64,000 bases of DNA from Octopus sinensis (Eukaryota), in NCBI RefSeq assembly GCF_006345805.1, contig NC_043000.1, forward strand, positions 84,320,001-84,384,000, given 5' to 3'. Made by a program: the position numbers and the translations under genes. Positions 41,330 through 54,671 of this stretch are shown here, one piece after another (within the stretch, counting starts at the first letter, position 1; each line of letters starts with the position of its first letter). The notes below the pieces were generated by a model. The model searched no databases. It worked only from the letters and a program-made list of their open reading frames with translations, and had not been told where the DNA came from.

Positions 41330-44300
41330 CAGACAGATAGACAGAAAGTTTTATAAAGAGCAAACCTACAAAAAATATTGTGCTTTGTCTTGCATTGAAG
41401 ACAAAATGGGACGTGTAGCCCTTATCTTCCACAGTAGTCAAAGACAGAATATGCATTTGTAGTACGTTTTAACACGTTTCTATATTAATACTTTGTTTAT
41501 AATATATTAGAATATGTTTACCTAAAAGATTAATTCCATATTGCCGCTTTGTATGTTTTATAATTCTTTCATGTAATACACAAGGTTTGAAATAGCTTAA
41601 GGTTAGAGTTCATTTGATACTTGAAAAGTAATTTTCAACACCTTCCTTGTGTTGAACAGATCTTTCTTCAAGTCCCCAAAAGAAGGTAAGATCTATATGT
41701 CCTCCGTATTTGTAATCTTTTTGAGAGTATTGTAATTGTTTCCAAACACGGTGACAATTCGAAAACTAACTAGACATCACGCTGTCACTATAAAAGTGAG
41801 AAGGATTTTAAACTTGTTTGAAACCTCGTTTGACGCACTTACAAAATCATCACCAATGAGTTATCACCCTGAGAATGACAACAACTGGCCATAATATTAG
41901 ACAATTGGTATGACATCACAATAACAAGGGCTGGCATCTAATGGCCTTTGTTTTAGTTCCTTGTTTATTTTTCTGGCACCAAGTAGCAAATTGGCAACTT
42001 GACTTTATGTAGCTCAAATTCTGAGAAACCTTGGAAGTTGGTTCACAGCAACACAACATATTACCTGTTTTGTAAACTGATATTTGTTTAGAAGAAAAAT
42101 CCAAAGATGATAATTTTAGTTTGGGGAACCAGCTTTGCCGTTTTTAATATTTATGACTACGCCGCCATTCAGATATGATGAATCTTCTAATGGATTAGCA
42201 GGAGTATCTGTTTTGAAAACTCGTTTCCAGACATAAGCGTCGAATTTCCTGGCAAGGTAGCACAGATGAGTAGATGCCTCAACGTTGATATGGCTCCTCT
42301 TCTCTTAAAACCCGAGGTTAAATAATTCCTATATATCTGAAGCTCATTTCACTCTTTTACGGCAGCCATTTTGAATCGACATGTTTCTCTATGTTTTATA
42401 TAATTGAAAATACACTCGGGATATCTGCTTCATCGCTGAATATTCTCATATATAAAAAGAAATAATAGTTTTTCTCTTTCAGTAGTTCATTGGTCTTTAG
42501 GATGACTGTGCGCCTGCATTGGAAACTGTGCAACAAAGCCAGATTATCTTGTTGTGTAATGATGTAAGATCGGGCTGCTATGAACTATGAACATTTTACA
42601 AAGTATTAATAAATGTGTTTCACTCTCTTCTATATTGGATGATAAATTATTGTTTAGTGTTTTGAAGTGCTTTCGAAATGTTTTCTCTGGATATTTCCCA
42701 AGAGTTTCAAAACTTTGTTTCTCATACCAACATATTAGGCCTATGTTTTTAAATCAGTTTGTAAGTTCTTAGAACGGAATAGAAAAAGAGCCATGTTTAC
42801 ATTTGAGAGAAAAAATGGTTTACACAGAAGTTTTTCTCGTGAGTTAATTTTAGCAAGTGTCGTATATGTTAGATTACGTATTCCGCATATATCGGAAACA
42901 CGTTAAAGTTAACTCATCTATGGTCATTTTAAAAAACAAATATCTGCTCAAAGTTTGTAACCCTTGGGTATACAGTGGCAGCACTTTGTCTTCATATATT
43001 TAAAGAAAATCAACTTTATGAATCTTAAACTTATGGGAAAAGTTGAACTCAGTAACTCAACAAAATACAAGTCAATACTATTACATTTGTCACTAAGAGT
43101 GTTAAGTTACTCCTTCCAAATTTTCAAGCTGGCTGGCATATGGCTACAAAGAATCTCTACTATAGACTCAATGTGCTGGCATTGGTACATTTTGTTTTGT
43201 TTCCATTATTTCTCCATTAATTTTTAGGTATTGGAAGTGTTTACTAGGGTAAGAGCGGGTACTCGGCTTGTATGTTTCTAAAGATAGAGATGACGAGAGA
43301 GAGAGAGAGTGAGGAAGAAAGAGGGAGAGAGAGAGAGAGAGAGAGAGAGGAGGAGAGTGCAAGAGGATGAGAGAGAGACAGAGAGAGACTGAAGGCTTTG
43401 TCGAGGATACGAACTGGCTCCTGTGTGCAATGTTTCAGTACAATTCTCTTGACTGCTTGTCCGATAGCTTGTAAACTAGAACTGTATATACGTTATCAAT
43501 ATAGCAGTAACATTCTGGTTCGAGTTAAATTTACTGTACTGTTTTTATTAATATATGAATTGGTTTTGAGTGCAAACTGAAATTATTCTATCATTTCTGC
43601 ATTGAGATATTCAGTTTCAGAATTTCATTTCTATTTCAGTATGGTTTGAAGTGAAGACTGATTCAATGTTAACAGAAGTAATAACATAGTATTAACATTC
43701 CTGTTCCTCTACAATCACAAAAGCAACCAGTGCTATCAATATTAAAATTTAAACTACAATGATCATCAACACCGTCATCATCATCGTTATCCTCCTCCTC
43801 CTCCTCCTCCTCCTCATCATCATCATCATCATCATTATCACCATCGCCGCCGCCACCACCACATCTATCACTACAAAAGTCGCTGCTGTCGTGGTGTAAC
43901 GATAGTTCATATCTCATTCATCCTCACTAATCCTCATCTCATTATCACTCCATCTATCACTATGCTCATAGCCATCAATCACAACTACTTATACCGTCAC
44001 TAAACACCACTCCTCCGCTATCACCACCGCCACAGTCATCATTAGTAAATTTTACTCATTGATTGACCGAAAAGTATTCTCTTCTGAAACCATCTGTTCC
44101 ATAATCATATAACATGGATTATGTATTTCAAATTTTGTATTTCACAAGATAGAGCTTAATCGGCGTGAAGAACTGCATGTCGTTGACAGATTTCAAAAAA
44201 TTAACACTGAGTGACTAAATGAAATTAAGATCTCATTGAAATAACTTAAATTTAATTAATTCAGCTCAATGTTTATTTCTCAGTTGGGGAAATAAAGTCG

Positions 44301-44971
44301 TTAAACCTCACTAGTTTTTTTCTAACATTTCTTTCTTCCTTTCTGTTCTTCACTTTACTAATTTTCTTCTGTCAAAAAGGTCAGCAACTTCCTTGAAGCG
44401 TTCTGTTCTTTGCAAAAAGGCGAAGAATTTCCATTTGATTCTATTTTTATTCCTTTGAAAATTTTTTTTTAATCCGTCCCGATATCTCATAATCTCATGT
44501 GAATAAGGAGTGTTTAAATGGACAAGGTGATAGCATACCAGACAACCAATCGAAAGGTCTTCTCTTCATATCATGTCTCTATCAAGAAGCTGTGTCCATG
44601 ATCAATTTGCTATCCGTTGAGCAAGCTTAGTTCAAAATTGGTACTGCATGATGGTGTAACCTCACCTTTCACCTGCTGTAAATAATTAACGAGTTTTTTT
44701 TAAATCTTATTCTGTTGATCTCAACATACTACCCAGTGATAAACTGATATGCTCTCCAGGAAAGTTATATATTACATCCGCTTAATGTAGCAGACCGGAC
44801 ATAAGTGTCATATGAACGTTACAGTTCGTTAAACGAAGCAGTTTCATAGAACCGATGAACTAGAAACTTGCCTATATATGCGATAGATTGCGTGATTTTA
44901 TTAGTTGAATAGTTAAACTGTACCGTTGATTGTCCGGTCCCACAAAATCATCGAAATCGATGTTATTCAAG

Positions 44972-45330
44972 CATGGGTGTGTGGTAAGATGCTTACTTTC
45001 CAACCACATGGTTCCGGATTCGGTCCCACTGTGTGGCAGTTTGGGCAAGTGTCATCATCTATAAACCCGGGCAGACCGAAACCTTGTGAGTGAATTTCAT
45101 AGACGAAAACTAAATACCTATGTACGTGTGTGTGCGCACGCGCGTGTGTGTGTTTGACAATCAATGTTGGTTTGTTTACGTCTCCGTAACTTAGCCGTTC
45201 GACAAAAGAAAGCAATATAATAAGTACCACGCTTCAGAAAATAAATACTGGGATCGATTTGTTCGACTTAACCCTTCAAGGTGGTGCCCCAGCTTGGATG
45301 CAGTCTAATGACTGAAATAAATAAAAGATA
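44972..45330 (+). mobile_element. Family-2 SINE, full length
   Basis: gcatgggtgtgtggtaagatgcttactttccaaccacatggttcc... to ...cagtctaatgactgaaataaataaaag. Confidence 0.8.
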
Positions 45331-45858
45331 AAAACAAAATATATAAAATTTAACATAGTTATCAATTTTGTTGTGTTACTCTATGTGTTGATCATAAATA
45401 TCACTAACTTGTACTGCACTGGAGCAAAATTTGGTTTCAATAAAGGTATTGTTTTTAAAATTGTTCTAATGCAATTAAGTTATATAATTATTTTTAGAAT
45501 ATGACAAAAATGTTCTTCCTTTGATGTTTTTGACATTTACTATGCTGTTTTTGAAAGTACTGTTTAAATGATGCAAACTCAGAAGGAAAAGAAAATGAGG
45601 TTTGAATTCCATAATTATAAGGGAAATCCAAATAACATAGTTAATATCCAACTCTTAAATATAATTCTTTAAAAATGAGTAATATTTACATTTATATGTG
45701 GTTGTTTGAGTTACTTTTATCTTCATAGTATGACTAATTCAGATAATGTATTTAAGGCAGTAAAATACAAGTCAACTGTTAATACAGTTCTATATTTAAG
45801 AGATGAAAAATTATGTACATTATTTGACAGATATTTGTCCTCATCTTGTTTGTTGTCA

Positions 45859-45902
45859 ACACAACGTTTCAGCTGATATACCCTCCGGCCTTCATCAAGT
45901 GT
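45859..45902 (-). ncRNA. Minimal type I hammerhead motif, C3U variant (left arm)
   Basis: acac TTGATGA a ggccg gagggtatat cagct GAAACGTT gtgt. Confidence 0.55.
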
Positions 45903-45965
45903 CTTGGGGAAATTTCATACCTGGGTTCTCATTCCTAAGGTATTTTTCGATGTTGTTGTTGTTGC

Positions 45966-45996
<31 letters not shown>

Positions 45997-46077
45997 GTTG
46001 TTGTTATTCAGGTCACTGCCTGGAATCGAACTCGGAATCTTGGGGTTAGTAGCCCGCGCTCTTAACCACTACGTCAC

Positions 46078-46148
46078 GGGCATATGGTGTAGTGGTTAAG
46101 AGCGCGAGCTACTAACCCCAAGATTCCGAGTTCGATTCCAGGCAGTGA

Positions 46149-46150
<2 letters not shown>
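46078..46150 (+). promoter_or_regulatory. tRNA-derived head with Pol III A and B boxes
   Basis: A box TGGTGTAGTGG (46085-46095), B box GTTCGATTCC (46130-46139), anticodon-like arm g(a/g)g-ctactaa-ccc. The acceptor stem is not intact, so this is a SINE head rather than a tRNA gene. Confidence 0.75.
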
Positions 46151-46201
<51 letters not shown>

Positions 46202-46287
46202 TAATAATAATAATAATAATAATAACAGCAACAACAACATCGAAAAATACCTTAGGAATGAGAATTCAGGTTCGAAATTTCTCCAAG

Positions 46288-46331
46288 ACACCTGATGAAG
46301 GCTGGAGGGTATATCAGCCGAAACGTTGTGT
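46288..46331 (+). ncRNA. Minimal type I hammerhead ribozyme, canonical core (right arm)
   Basis: ACAC CTGATGA a GGCTG gagggtatat CAGCC GAAA CG TT GTGT: stem I ACAC/GTGT, perfect 5-bp stem II, palindromic ACGT stem III, predicted cleavage after GUU at 46327. Confidence 0.8.
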
Positions 46332-46829
46332 TAACAACAAACAAGATGAGAACAAATATCCGTCAAATGTAAATAATGTAAATAACGAAGTCAACTGTTA
46401 TCTCTATATGTTTATGGGTATCATAACAATTTGCTGATTATCAATGTCTTAACAGCCTTAAAACAGGCTTCATTGTGTATTTATCTGATATTCTATCACT
46501 ATTCACTTGTTGGCCCGAGAATATTTTCTTCAAGTAGATATTTTTTGCATGTGTGTGTATAATTGTCAATCCTAGTAAATTATTCCATATGCATAAGGCT
46601 GATTGTAAAATTGGTGCTACACTTTTATGAAGTCAAATAGTTCGTATTTAGATCATAAATGTTACATATTTTTGTCACAAACAGTAACTTATCTGATGAC
46701 AATGTTGTACATAATTTGATGGCAAATGGTACATATTTTGATGAAAAATCGTACGTCTTGATGACGCACATTTTGACCACAACTAATGCATAAAATATTT
46801 TATCACTAATAGCACATGCTTTGATAACA

Positions 46830-47480
46830 GAGTAGCACATATTTAAGGAAAGACCAAAGGAAAGAGCAGTTGGAATTACAAATTAAGGAGAAATTACAGA
46901 GAAAGAGAAAATTGAGGATAAATTACAAACAGAGGAAAGAATAATTGAGGAGGATTGTACCCAGAAAGTTTAAGAGAAGAAGAAAAGTGAGGTGAAAGAA
47001 AGAAAGGAGGAGAGTGATGGGGTTATAAGCCCCAAAAGAAGAAAGAAATCTAAGGCAAGTGAGCATTCAGTAGAAAGCAAGAAAGGTAAGTATAAGCAAG
47101 AGAGAGAGGAAGAAATAGAAAATAAACTATATAAATATGAGGGTGCTTCTATAACGTAAAAACAAATTGTGGATGCGGAAAGAAAAGTTGCGAAAGTGAA
47201 GGGACTGGTGAGAGTGAAGCTGTCAGGAAACAGTTTTGATGCAGATGGTGGAGGTATTTTGATATCTAGGGAGAGGTATGAAAGATTCATGGATGGATTT
47301 GCCAACAATGTAAAAATGGTGAAATGGTGTTGGTTGCATGAGATTCCACCTCCTATAATCGAATTCGAAAACTGAAAAGAAAAATTTAATTTTGTGGAAA
47401 AAAAAGGACTATTGAAATAGATATTCATTTTATGAAAAAGAGAAAAACTGTCTAAATGTAACCACTCGACTTCGGGGGTC
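46830..47480 (+). mobile_element. Lys/Glu-rich coding-like remnant, possibly the 3' end of a non-LTR ORF1
   Basis: Purine-rich disrupted ORF ending ...KWCWLHEIPPPIIEFEN*; no diagnostic motif recognised. Confidence 0.25.
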
Positions 47481-48063
47481 CAGTAGGCATTGCGCCTCAT
47501 TTTATACTCTTTTATATTTTCATTTGTTTATTTTAATTTTTTCTTCTTATTTCATCTTCTTTTTGTAATTTTTAAGTTCCCCGAGTTTATGTTTGTATTT
47601 GTCCCATTCTTTGTATAGCCCCCGTGGGTAATAAAAAATTAGCATATTTAAGAATAGGGTGATATATATTTTGTGCTCTAGGTTACGTGACTTGTTTTGG
47701 AAAAATATACTCCAAATCAATATACCAATATTAATTTCCATATCATTGTCCTCTAATTAGTTTACCTACCTTTAGGGAGAATGAGTATCAGGTAATCAAT
47801 TAACCTGCATTTGATGAGAATAGATCCAGAAAAGTCTGGTTCATCATCAGACCAGTCAACCAAGCTGTCAAGTAAAGAAACCCGTTCAATCTGATTCAAC
47901 ATAAAGTCACTGTTTAAAAACCAGTTCACCTGTTTCAGGAGCAGATTCAAGAACACCGCGGATCAGCATCCCGCTGTAATCCAGCAATCAGATCACCAGA
48001 TGTCCCTGGTTTTGATTGCAATCTCTGAGTAATATATGGTGTGTATGTACGCGAGAGGAGCGG

Positions 48064-48119
<56 letters not shown>

Positions 48120-50652
48120 CTTGTGTGCAGAACATTGAAGATATGAATCACATGATAACCATCGCCAAATGGATATCATTTTTAGTTAAACAGTATTAAG
48201 TCCTACATTTTTAATCTTTTTTTTATTGATTTTAGTCATTAGACTCTGACTATGCTGGAACATCATTTTCAAGTGTTTAGTTATCAGCAAATTAGTTGTA
48301 TTAACATATATTTCTGTACTTTATTTGGAAGTCTCTTTACCAATCAAACAGAGGCGTTGATAGCTTTAGCATTTTGACTAGTTATTTCATTTGAAATACA
48401 CAAGTAATTCCATTACGAACAAAGCAGAAACTTCACAAATCTAATTTTTTCTCTCATAAAAAGATAAAGCTATGTATATTGTCACTCTCCCTTAGAAGGA
48501 CTCCATATTATAAATAATTAAGGTGTAGATCTAGCAGAAACTGTTTATCTATTGATATAAATGTGTTGTCAAAGAATTTCCCATTGGTTCTGTTATAAAA
48601 ACAATAAGCATAAACATGGCTGCGTAGTTAAGGAAATCGCTTCACAATCACATGGTTCCAGATTCGAGGGCGCTACTCTGACAACTTGTACACGTGTATT
48701 TTAACATGGCTTCACGTTAACTAAAGTCTCGAGAGAAATTTGGTCAATGAAAACTGCATGGAAGTACAAGGTTTTGGGGTATATCCTTCGATCTGAATAG
48801 TATACTTAATTCATCGTCCGGCTTAACATCACCATCTGTCTTTCTTCAAGGCCTTAATGGTATGCACACTTCAAAAACCGTATCGCGTTTGGTGTTTAAT
48901 GTTTATATCATATACTTTTAAAAAGTACTGATTGGAGTTTATTTCACCTTTTTAATTACTTATGTGAAGTGATATTTCATCAAAATGCTATTGCCTATAA
49001 ACATTTCCTCTGTATAATGTATACGATACGTAGTTTTCATTTTCTACGGGAAACCAAGGACGTTCAATACGAATCTTTGCAGTACTATTTATGAGATAGA
49101 ACATATGTCTGCCAAAACTTAAGAATGTAATTAAGTGTGAGTGTATCTGAAATAAGAAGAAATTGGTGAGTAATTGAATGCCTTTGTGTACTTCAATAGA
49201 GTCTTCTTACTCGCAAAAGATTGAGTCAATACAACAAAATTTGATTATTGCAATAGTAATTACATTTAATTTAGGGTGGGTGCTGAACTCACTGCAGAAA
49301 TTAAGGGTACTCGAAACGATTATTCGATTTGTATTGCTGAGCTAAGATATTGCTACGATAATCATTCACCCGTAGATGGATACATGTAGCTAAAATTATG
49401 AGAAAAATTCCAGAGAGTATATGTAAGATTTTTTTCACTTTCACATTATTTCCTCCTTGTTTTGTTTCGTTTTGTCTAACGTTTACCATTGTTTTGCTGC
49501 CTATAAGTATACAATGAAGGAGAAACAACGAACTGGAGAAAGTTCTCTTCATACTGTACCCAGTTATATCTCATCTCCTTTATCACGAAATATCATTTTG
49601 GTATAAGACAATGACGACCAACTGTAGCCATTTCTCAAAACACTATAAAGATAACGTGTTGAGAAATGGAACAAAAGAGCAGGAGAAACAGGAAATGAAA
49701 AGATAAGAAGACAAAGACAAGGAAAAGATAAAATCATAAACAAAATACAAAATATTGAGAGTCATATATTAAGTAATTCTTTTTCGGTTAATTATTTCCG
49801 GTTTAGCTCAGTCACGTGATTTTCGCCCCTACATATTTCGTGACTCGTTTTATCGTTTTCTCTCAATTTATTTATTTTATTTCATATTACTCTTGTTTTT
49901 TTTATTTTATTCAGATTCTTATTTTATTTTTATTTATTTATATATTTATTTATTTATTTATTTATTGGTGAATCACCATTTTTCTCCAAACCCAAGTTTC
50001 TTTAGTTTCTTCTATAAAAACTGATGTCACGATTTTCAATTTTTAAAATTTGTTCTGATTTTATAATTAATCAGATTGGCACTTTCTTTTTTGAGAACAT
50101 CTATTTTGATACTATTAGTGAAGCGACTTTTGTTGTTGTTGTTGTTGCTGTTGTTATTACTATAGTTGTTAGATTCTTTCACTTTCACACAATTTCCTCC
50201 TTGTTTTATTTTTGCTTTGTCTAACGTTTAACATTGTTTTGATGCATATCTCTTTATTATATTTATACATTTGCAAATCATGTCATTCCAAATTTATCCG
50301 AATTTGCTATTTTCTCATAATCAATCATTTGCACTCAATTTATTTCTGCTTCTGAGCCTCTTGTAAAAGATTACTTGCATTTATTTTCCCGCTTATTTCT
50401 GTGAATTTAATAGAACCCCGTGTACTTATATATGTATAAAAATAACAGCTATTATCTCTATATAATATGTTTGCAGATAAATAAGTATAAGTTTGTTACT
50501 GAAAATATAAGCAACTTAATTAGTGGATATAATTAAAGGAAGTGCGCCATCTTAAAATAGCGTAGCTAGATGAGTTGACTTTGCACCGACCTACAAGATA
50601 GAGAGAAGATTTACCAGCAGTAAGAACAAAGTTTTAACTCCCCATTATAGAA

Positions 50653-50947
50653 TATTTGTTTTTTCCTTCTCGAGCCATGCCTGGCTCATTAGGGCCGGTT
50701 TCCCGGTTTCCTCGGCGTATGGGTTCCCCACCTGGACGGGACGCCAGTCCGTCGCAGGTGAGCTGCAAGATGCAGGAGGAAAGAGCGAGAGAAAGTTGTG
50801 GCAAAAGAGTCCGCAGAAGTTCGCCATTACCTTCTGCCGGAGCCGCGTGGAGCTTAGGTGTTTCGCTCATAAACACACATATCGCCCGGTCTGAGATTCG
50901 AACCCGCGACCCCTCGACCACTGCTTTGACCACTATGCCATGTGCCT
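50653..50947 (-). mobile_element. Full-length tRNA-derived SINE (family 3 head, tail 2) with 11-bp TSD
   Basis: Head ggaggcacatggcatagtgg..gggttcgaatctc; tail gacggactggcgtcccgtccagg..gaaaccggg; ccattatagaa at 50642-50652 and 50948-50958. Confidence 0.8.
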
Positions 50948-51839
50948 CCATTATAGAAAATTAACATTCATTTATGTGAGGTACAGACGTATTACAATAA
51001 CGAATTGATTTATTAGTTAGTAATGTTGGGTTCAAATTGAGGAACTAACATAAATAGTTTTTAGACTAATTTTATGTAAATTCAAAGGTGATCCAGTGAC
51101 ACTACAGATGAAAGGTAACCAAATAGTTTTCTTTTGACACTTGGTGAACTGAATATTAATGAGAATATTGGGATTTTTCCTATAGTTAGAAATAGAAAAC
51201 ATGAAAAATCTATTAGAGTCATAAAATTGTAGAAGATAATTTGTGTGGCTAAAACAATAGAATATCATGATGCTATGTAATGATTAGAAAACTACAACTG
51301 GAACGTAATTGGAGACAGGTAACCAATATCATAAGTTCAACTCTTAAATCTTTATACTTTTAATATTTTTTTTTGTAGAAGGTCACAATTGATGTAAAAG
51401 AGTAGAGTTGTTTCGAATGGATCATATTCAATTCTATTATATTGTTATCACCAATAGAAAGGCAGCCAACTGGTAGAATTGCTACCATGCCTCATAAAAA
51501 GCTTACCAGCATTTTGTCCCTCCTTACGTTCTGAGCTCAAATATCACCGAGACCAGCATTTATCTATTTTGGGCTCGATGTAATCGTCTAGTCCCCGACC
51601 CACATTTCAGGCTTAGTACCTATAATAAAGCTATTATTACTAATACTTATTTAATCGACTCGAGTGGAATGAAAAGCAGTGTCAGTTGATAGGAATTATA
51701 AACAGAACTTAGGAGGATGAACATAGATAGAATGAAAACTTTGTTTTAGCATGAAATTATACTTCTTTCAGGCCACTAATTTCATAAATAATTCCAAAAT
51801 AAAATTATCACTATTATAAATAGTGTAATAACTGTAATA

Positions 51840-52690
51840 AGAAACTTACTTCGCAACCACATGGTTCCGGGTTCAGTCTCACTGCGTGGCATTTTGAGCA
51901 ACTGTCTTCTATTATAGCTTCGGGTCGACCAATACATTGTCAGTGGATTTGGTTGACAGAAACTGAAAGAAGGCGGTGAGCTGGCAGAAACGTTAGCACG
52001 CCGGGCGAAATGCTTAGCGGCATTTCGTCTGCCGTTACGTTCTGAGTTCAAATTCCGCCGAGGTCGACCTTGCCTTTCATCCTTTCGTGGTCGATAAATT
52101 AAGTACCAGTTACGTACTGGGGTCGATATAATCGACTTAATCCGACTGTCTGTCGTTGTTTGTCTCCTCTGTGTTTAGCCCCTTGTGGGTAGTAAAGAAA
52201 TAGGTATTTCGCCTGCCATTGCGTTCTGAGTTCAAATTCCACCGAGGTCGACTTTGCTTTTCATCCTTTCGGGGTCGATAAATTAAGTAGCAGTTACGCA
52301 CTGGGGTCGATGTAATCGACTTAGTCCCTTTGGCTGTCCTTGTTTGTCCCCTCTATGTTTAGCCCCTTGTGGGCAATAAAGAAATAAGAAACTGAAAGAA
52401 GTCCGTCCGAACTCCCATAAAGAATCTTGCAAACCAAATCCAAAAACGAAATGTGTGCGTGCGTGTGTGTGTGTGTTTTGTATCAGTGTTTGTACCCCAC
52501 CACCGCTTGACAGCCGATGTTGCTGTGTTTACCTCCCCCCAAGTTAGTAGTTCGACAAAGAGACCTATAGAATAAGTACCAGGCCTAAAGAATAACAAAA
52601 ATAAAAGTACTGAGGTCGATCCATTCGACTAAAAATTCTTCACGGTGGTGCCCCCGCATGGCTGCATTCAAATGACAAAAACAAGTAAAA
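51840..52690 (+). mobile_element. Family-2 SINE interrupted by a dimeric family-1 SINE
   Basis: Host SINE head 51840-51972 resumes at 52402. Confidence 0.8.
51973..52386 (+). mobile_element. Dimeric family-1 SINE with 15-bp TSD
   Basis: AGAAACTGAAAGAAG at 51958-51972 and 52387-52401. Confidence 0.85.
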
Positions 52691-53287
52691 GCTAACATCT
52701 AAAAGATAATTAAAGGCAGACAAATAATGCAAATTGACATTTGTATTCATTAGCGAAAGTTTTCACAAGTTATGTAATTTCATTTTGTAAATCTTCGAGC
52801 CAATGTAAATCGAAGTGAATATACCAAAAGATTACGAAGAAAACAATCAATCATATCAATCATTAGACTGATGAAGAGGTTGAGATAAACACAATGGATT
52901 GCTTGTCATTTAGGAATTCCTAATCCAATGACCTTTGAAACTCAATACGTTTGACATTTATATCGTTTATAACTTAGGCAATTAATTGTATAATAAACCT
53001 AAGTTTTCTAAGTCAACCAAAACTTGCAGATAATATCATGCTATTCCTATAGAATTGCTCAGCCATAAATACTAAATTAAACTCAAGAGGATATGTTGAA
53101 CAATCAAAAAGTGGTTATTCTATGCAGTGGTATGTAACTGCTCACAATGAACTGGTCATGAATATATAAAGCTGTAGTTTGGCTTATCAAGTGTACAGGA
53201 TATCAATTGTACCCAATAACAGTTCCCGCAGTTCCTGAACATTTATCATTCAGATTCTATTTCCATAATTCCTATCTATCTATCTAT

Positions 53288-53326
<39 letters not shown>

Positions 53327-53378
53327 CCCTCTCTCTTTTTCTCTCTCTCTTTTTCTCTCTCTCTTTCTCTCTCTCTCA

Positions 53379-53434
<56 letters not shown>

Positions 53435-53464
53435 TGAGAGACAGAGAGAGAGAGAAAAAGAGAG

Positions 53465-53500
<36 letters not shown>

Positions 53501-53501
53501 G

Positions 53502-53810
53502 TGGAGGTGCAATGACTCAGTGGTTAGGCCAGCGGACTCGCGGTCGTAGGATCGCGGTTTCGATTCCCAGACCGGGCGTTATGAGTGTTTATTGAGCGAA
53601 AAACCAAAAGCTCCACGAGGCTCTGGCAGGGGGTGGTGGTGATCCCTGCTGTACTCTTTCGCCATAACTTTCTCTCAATCTTTCTTCTGTTGGCCTGCTC
53701 GCTTAGCCAGCGGGGTGGCGTCATTTGAAGGCTAAAATAATGTGAAGCGCATTGTGACCAGCGATGTGTAGCAACATCTGATGGCCTGGTCGGTCACGTG
53801 ATCACGTGAT
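53502..53810 (+). mobile_element. tRNA-derived SINE (family 3 head, tail 1)
   Basis: Same head and body as 50653-50947 but ends in tggcctgctcgcttagccagc...cacgtgatcacgtgat followed by (AT)n. Confidence 0.8.
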
Positions 53811-54061
53811 ATATATATACACACATATGTGTATGTATGCATGTATGTTTGCATATGTGTGTGTTTGTCTGTTAAGGTATGTGACCCAGTGGTTAGATAT
53901 GTTGCATTCGATTTCCATAGATGTGCATATAGTTAGACTTTTTAAATAAACGGCAGAAGTTACAGAGTGACTCAAGGACAGACAGTTTCTTGCATTCGCA
54001 CTTATCACTTCATATGTGCACAGGATACACACACACACACCACACACACACACGGACACAC

Positions 54062-54127
<66 letters not shown>

Positions 54128-54417
54128 CGTGGCAAAAGAGTCCGCAGAAGAATTGTACAGCCATGAAACGATCGTAGTGTTTTACTCTTTATCTTTTATT
54201 AAACTTTTAATACTTTTGATATATATTTAAAATAATATAAATTAATTAATTTTATGTATTGGCTTATGTTTTTCATTGTTTGATTTGCCTAATAGTGGTT
54301 TTATCTCTAATTTAATATAATATATATATATATAAAGATAAAACTTACTTGGAAATGGATGCGTGGCGTTCAATCAAATAATAATATGAATAATATATGT
54401 ATATGTGTGTGTGCGTG

Positions 54418-54462
<45 letters not shown>

Positions 54463-54465
54463 ATA

Positions 54466-54671
54466 CAGGAATCCATCGACTATAGCGGGTGTTACGTTCT
54501 AAAACCACCCACAGAAAAAAAATCAAATCTAAAGAAATATAAATACCTATCGGTCGCAGAAACTCGAGTATACTGAGGAGTCCGTGATATAAATGTGCAT
54601 ATATTAGCCAGAAAAGTCCACGATGTACTGCGTACGCGATAAGTGAACCGCGATATGGCGGAGGATTGCTG
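54466..54671. mobile_element. pogo/Tigger-like MITE
   Basis: Imperfect TIRs caggaatccatcgactatagcgg / cagcaatcctccgccatatcgcgg (reverse complement of right end); TA on both flanks. Confidence 0.6.

Larger units (their letters stand above)
45782..46387. mobile_element. Head-to-head palindromic insertion of a tRNA-headed, hammerhead-tailed non-coding retroelement with 13-bp TSD
   Basis: Inverted arms about 45812-46072 and 46089-46384 with a 16-nt spacer; the left arm has a further 30 nt (45782-45811); AAGTCAACTGTTA at 45769-45781 and 46388-46400. Confidence 0.85.

Noticed and set aside
43669-43917. Acidic Asp/Glu-rich minus-strand ORF
   Set aside because: Product of (CAT)n/(CCT)n/(CAC)n repeats.
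44855-44880. CCGATGA-acta-GAAAC
   Set aside because: Stem II is absent and there is no cleavage triplet or stem I; at most a deleted relic.
46078-46150. tRNA-Ser(ACT)-like gene
   Set aside because: The acceptor stem does not pair and it is fused to (AAT)n and a tail, so it is a SINE head.
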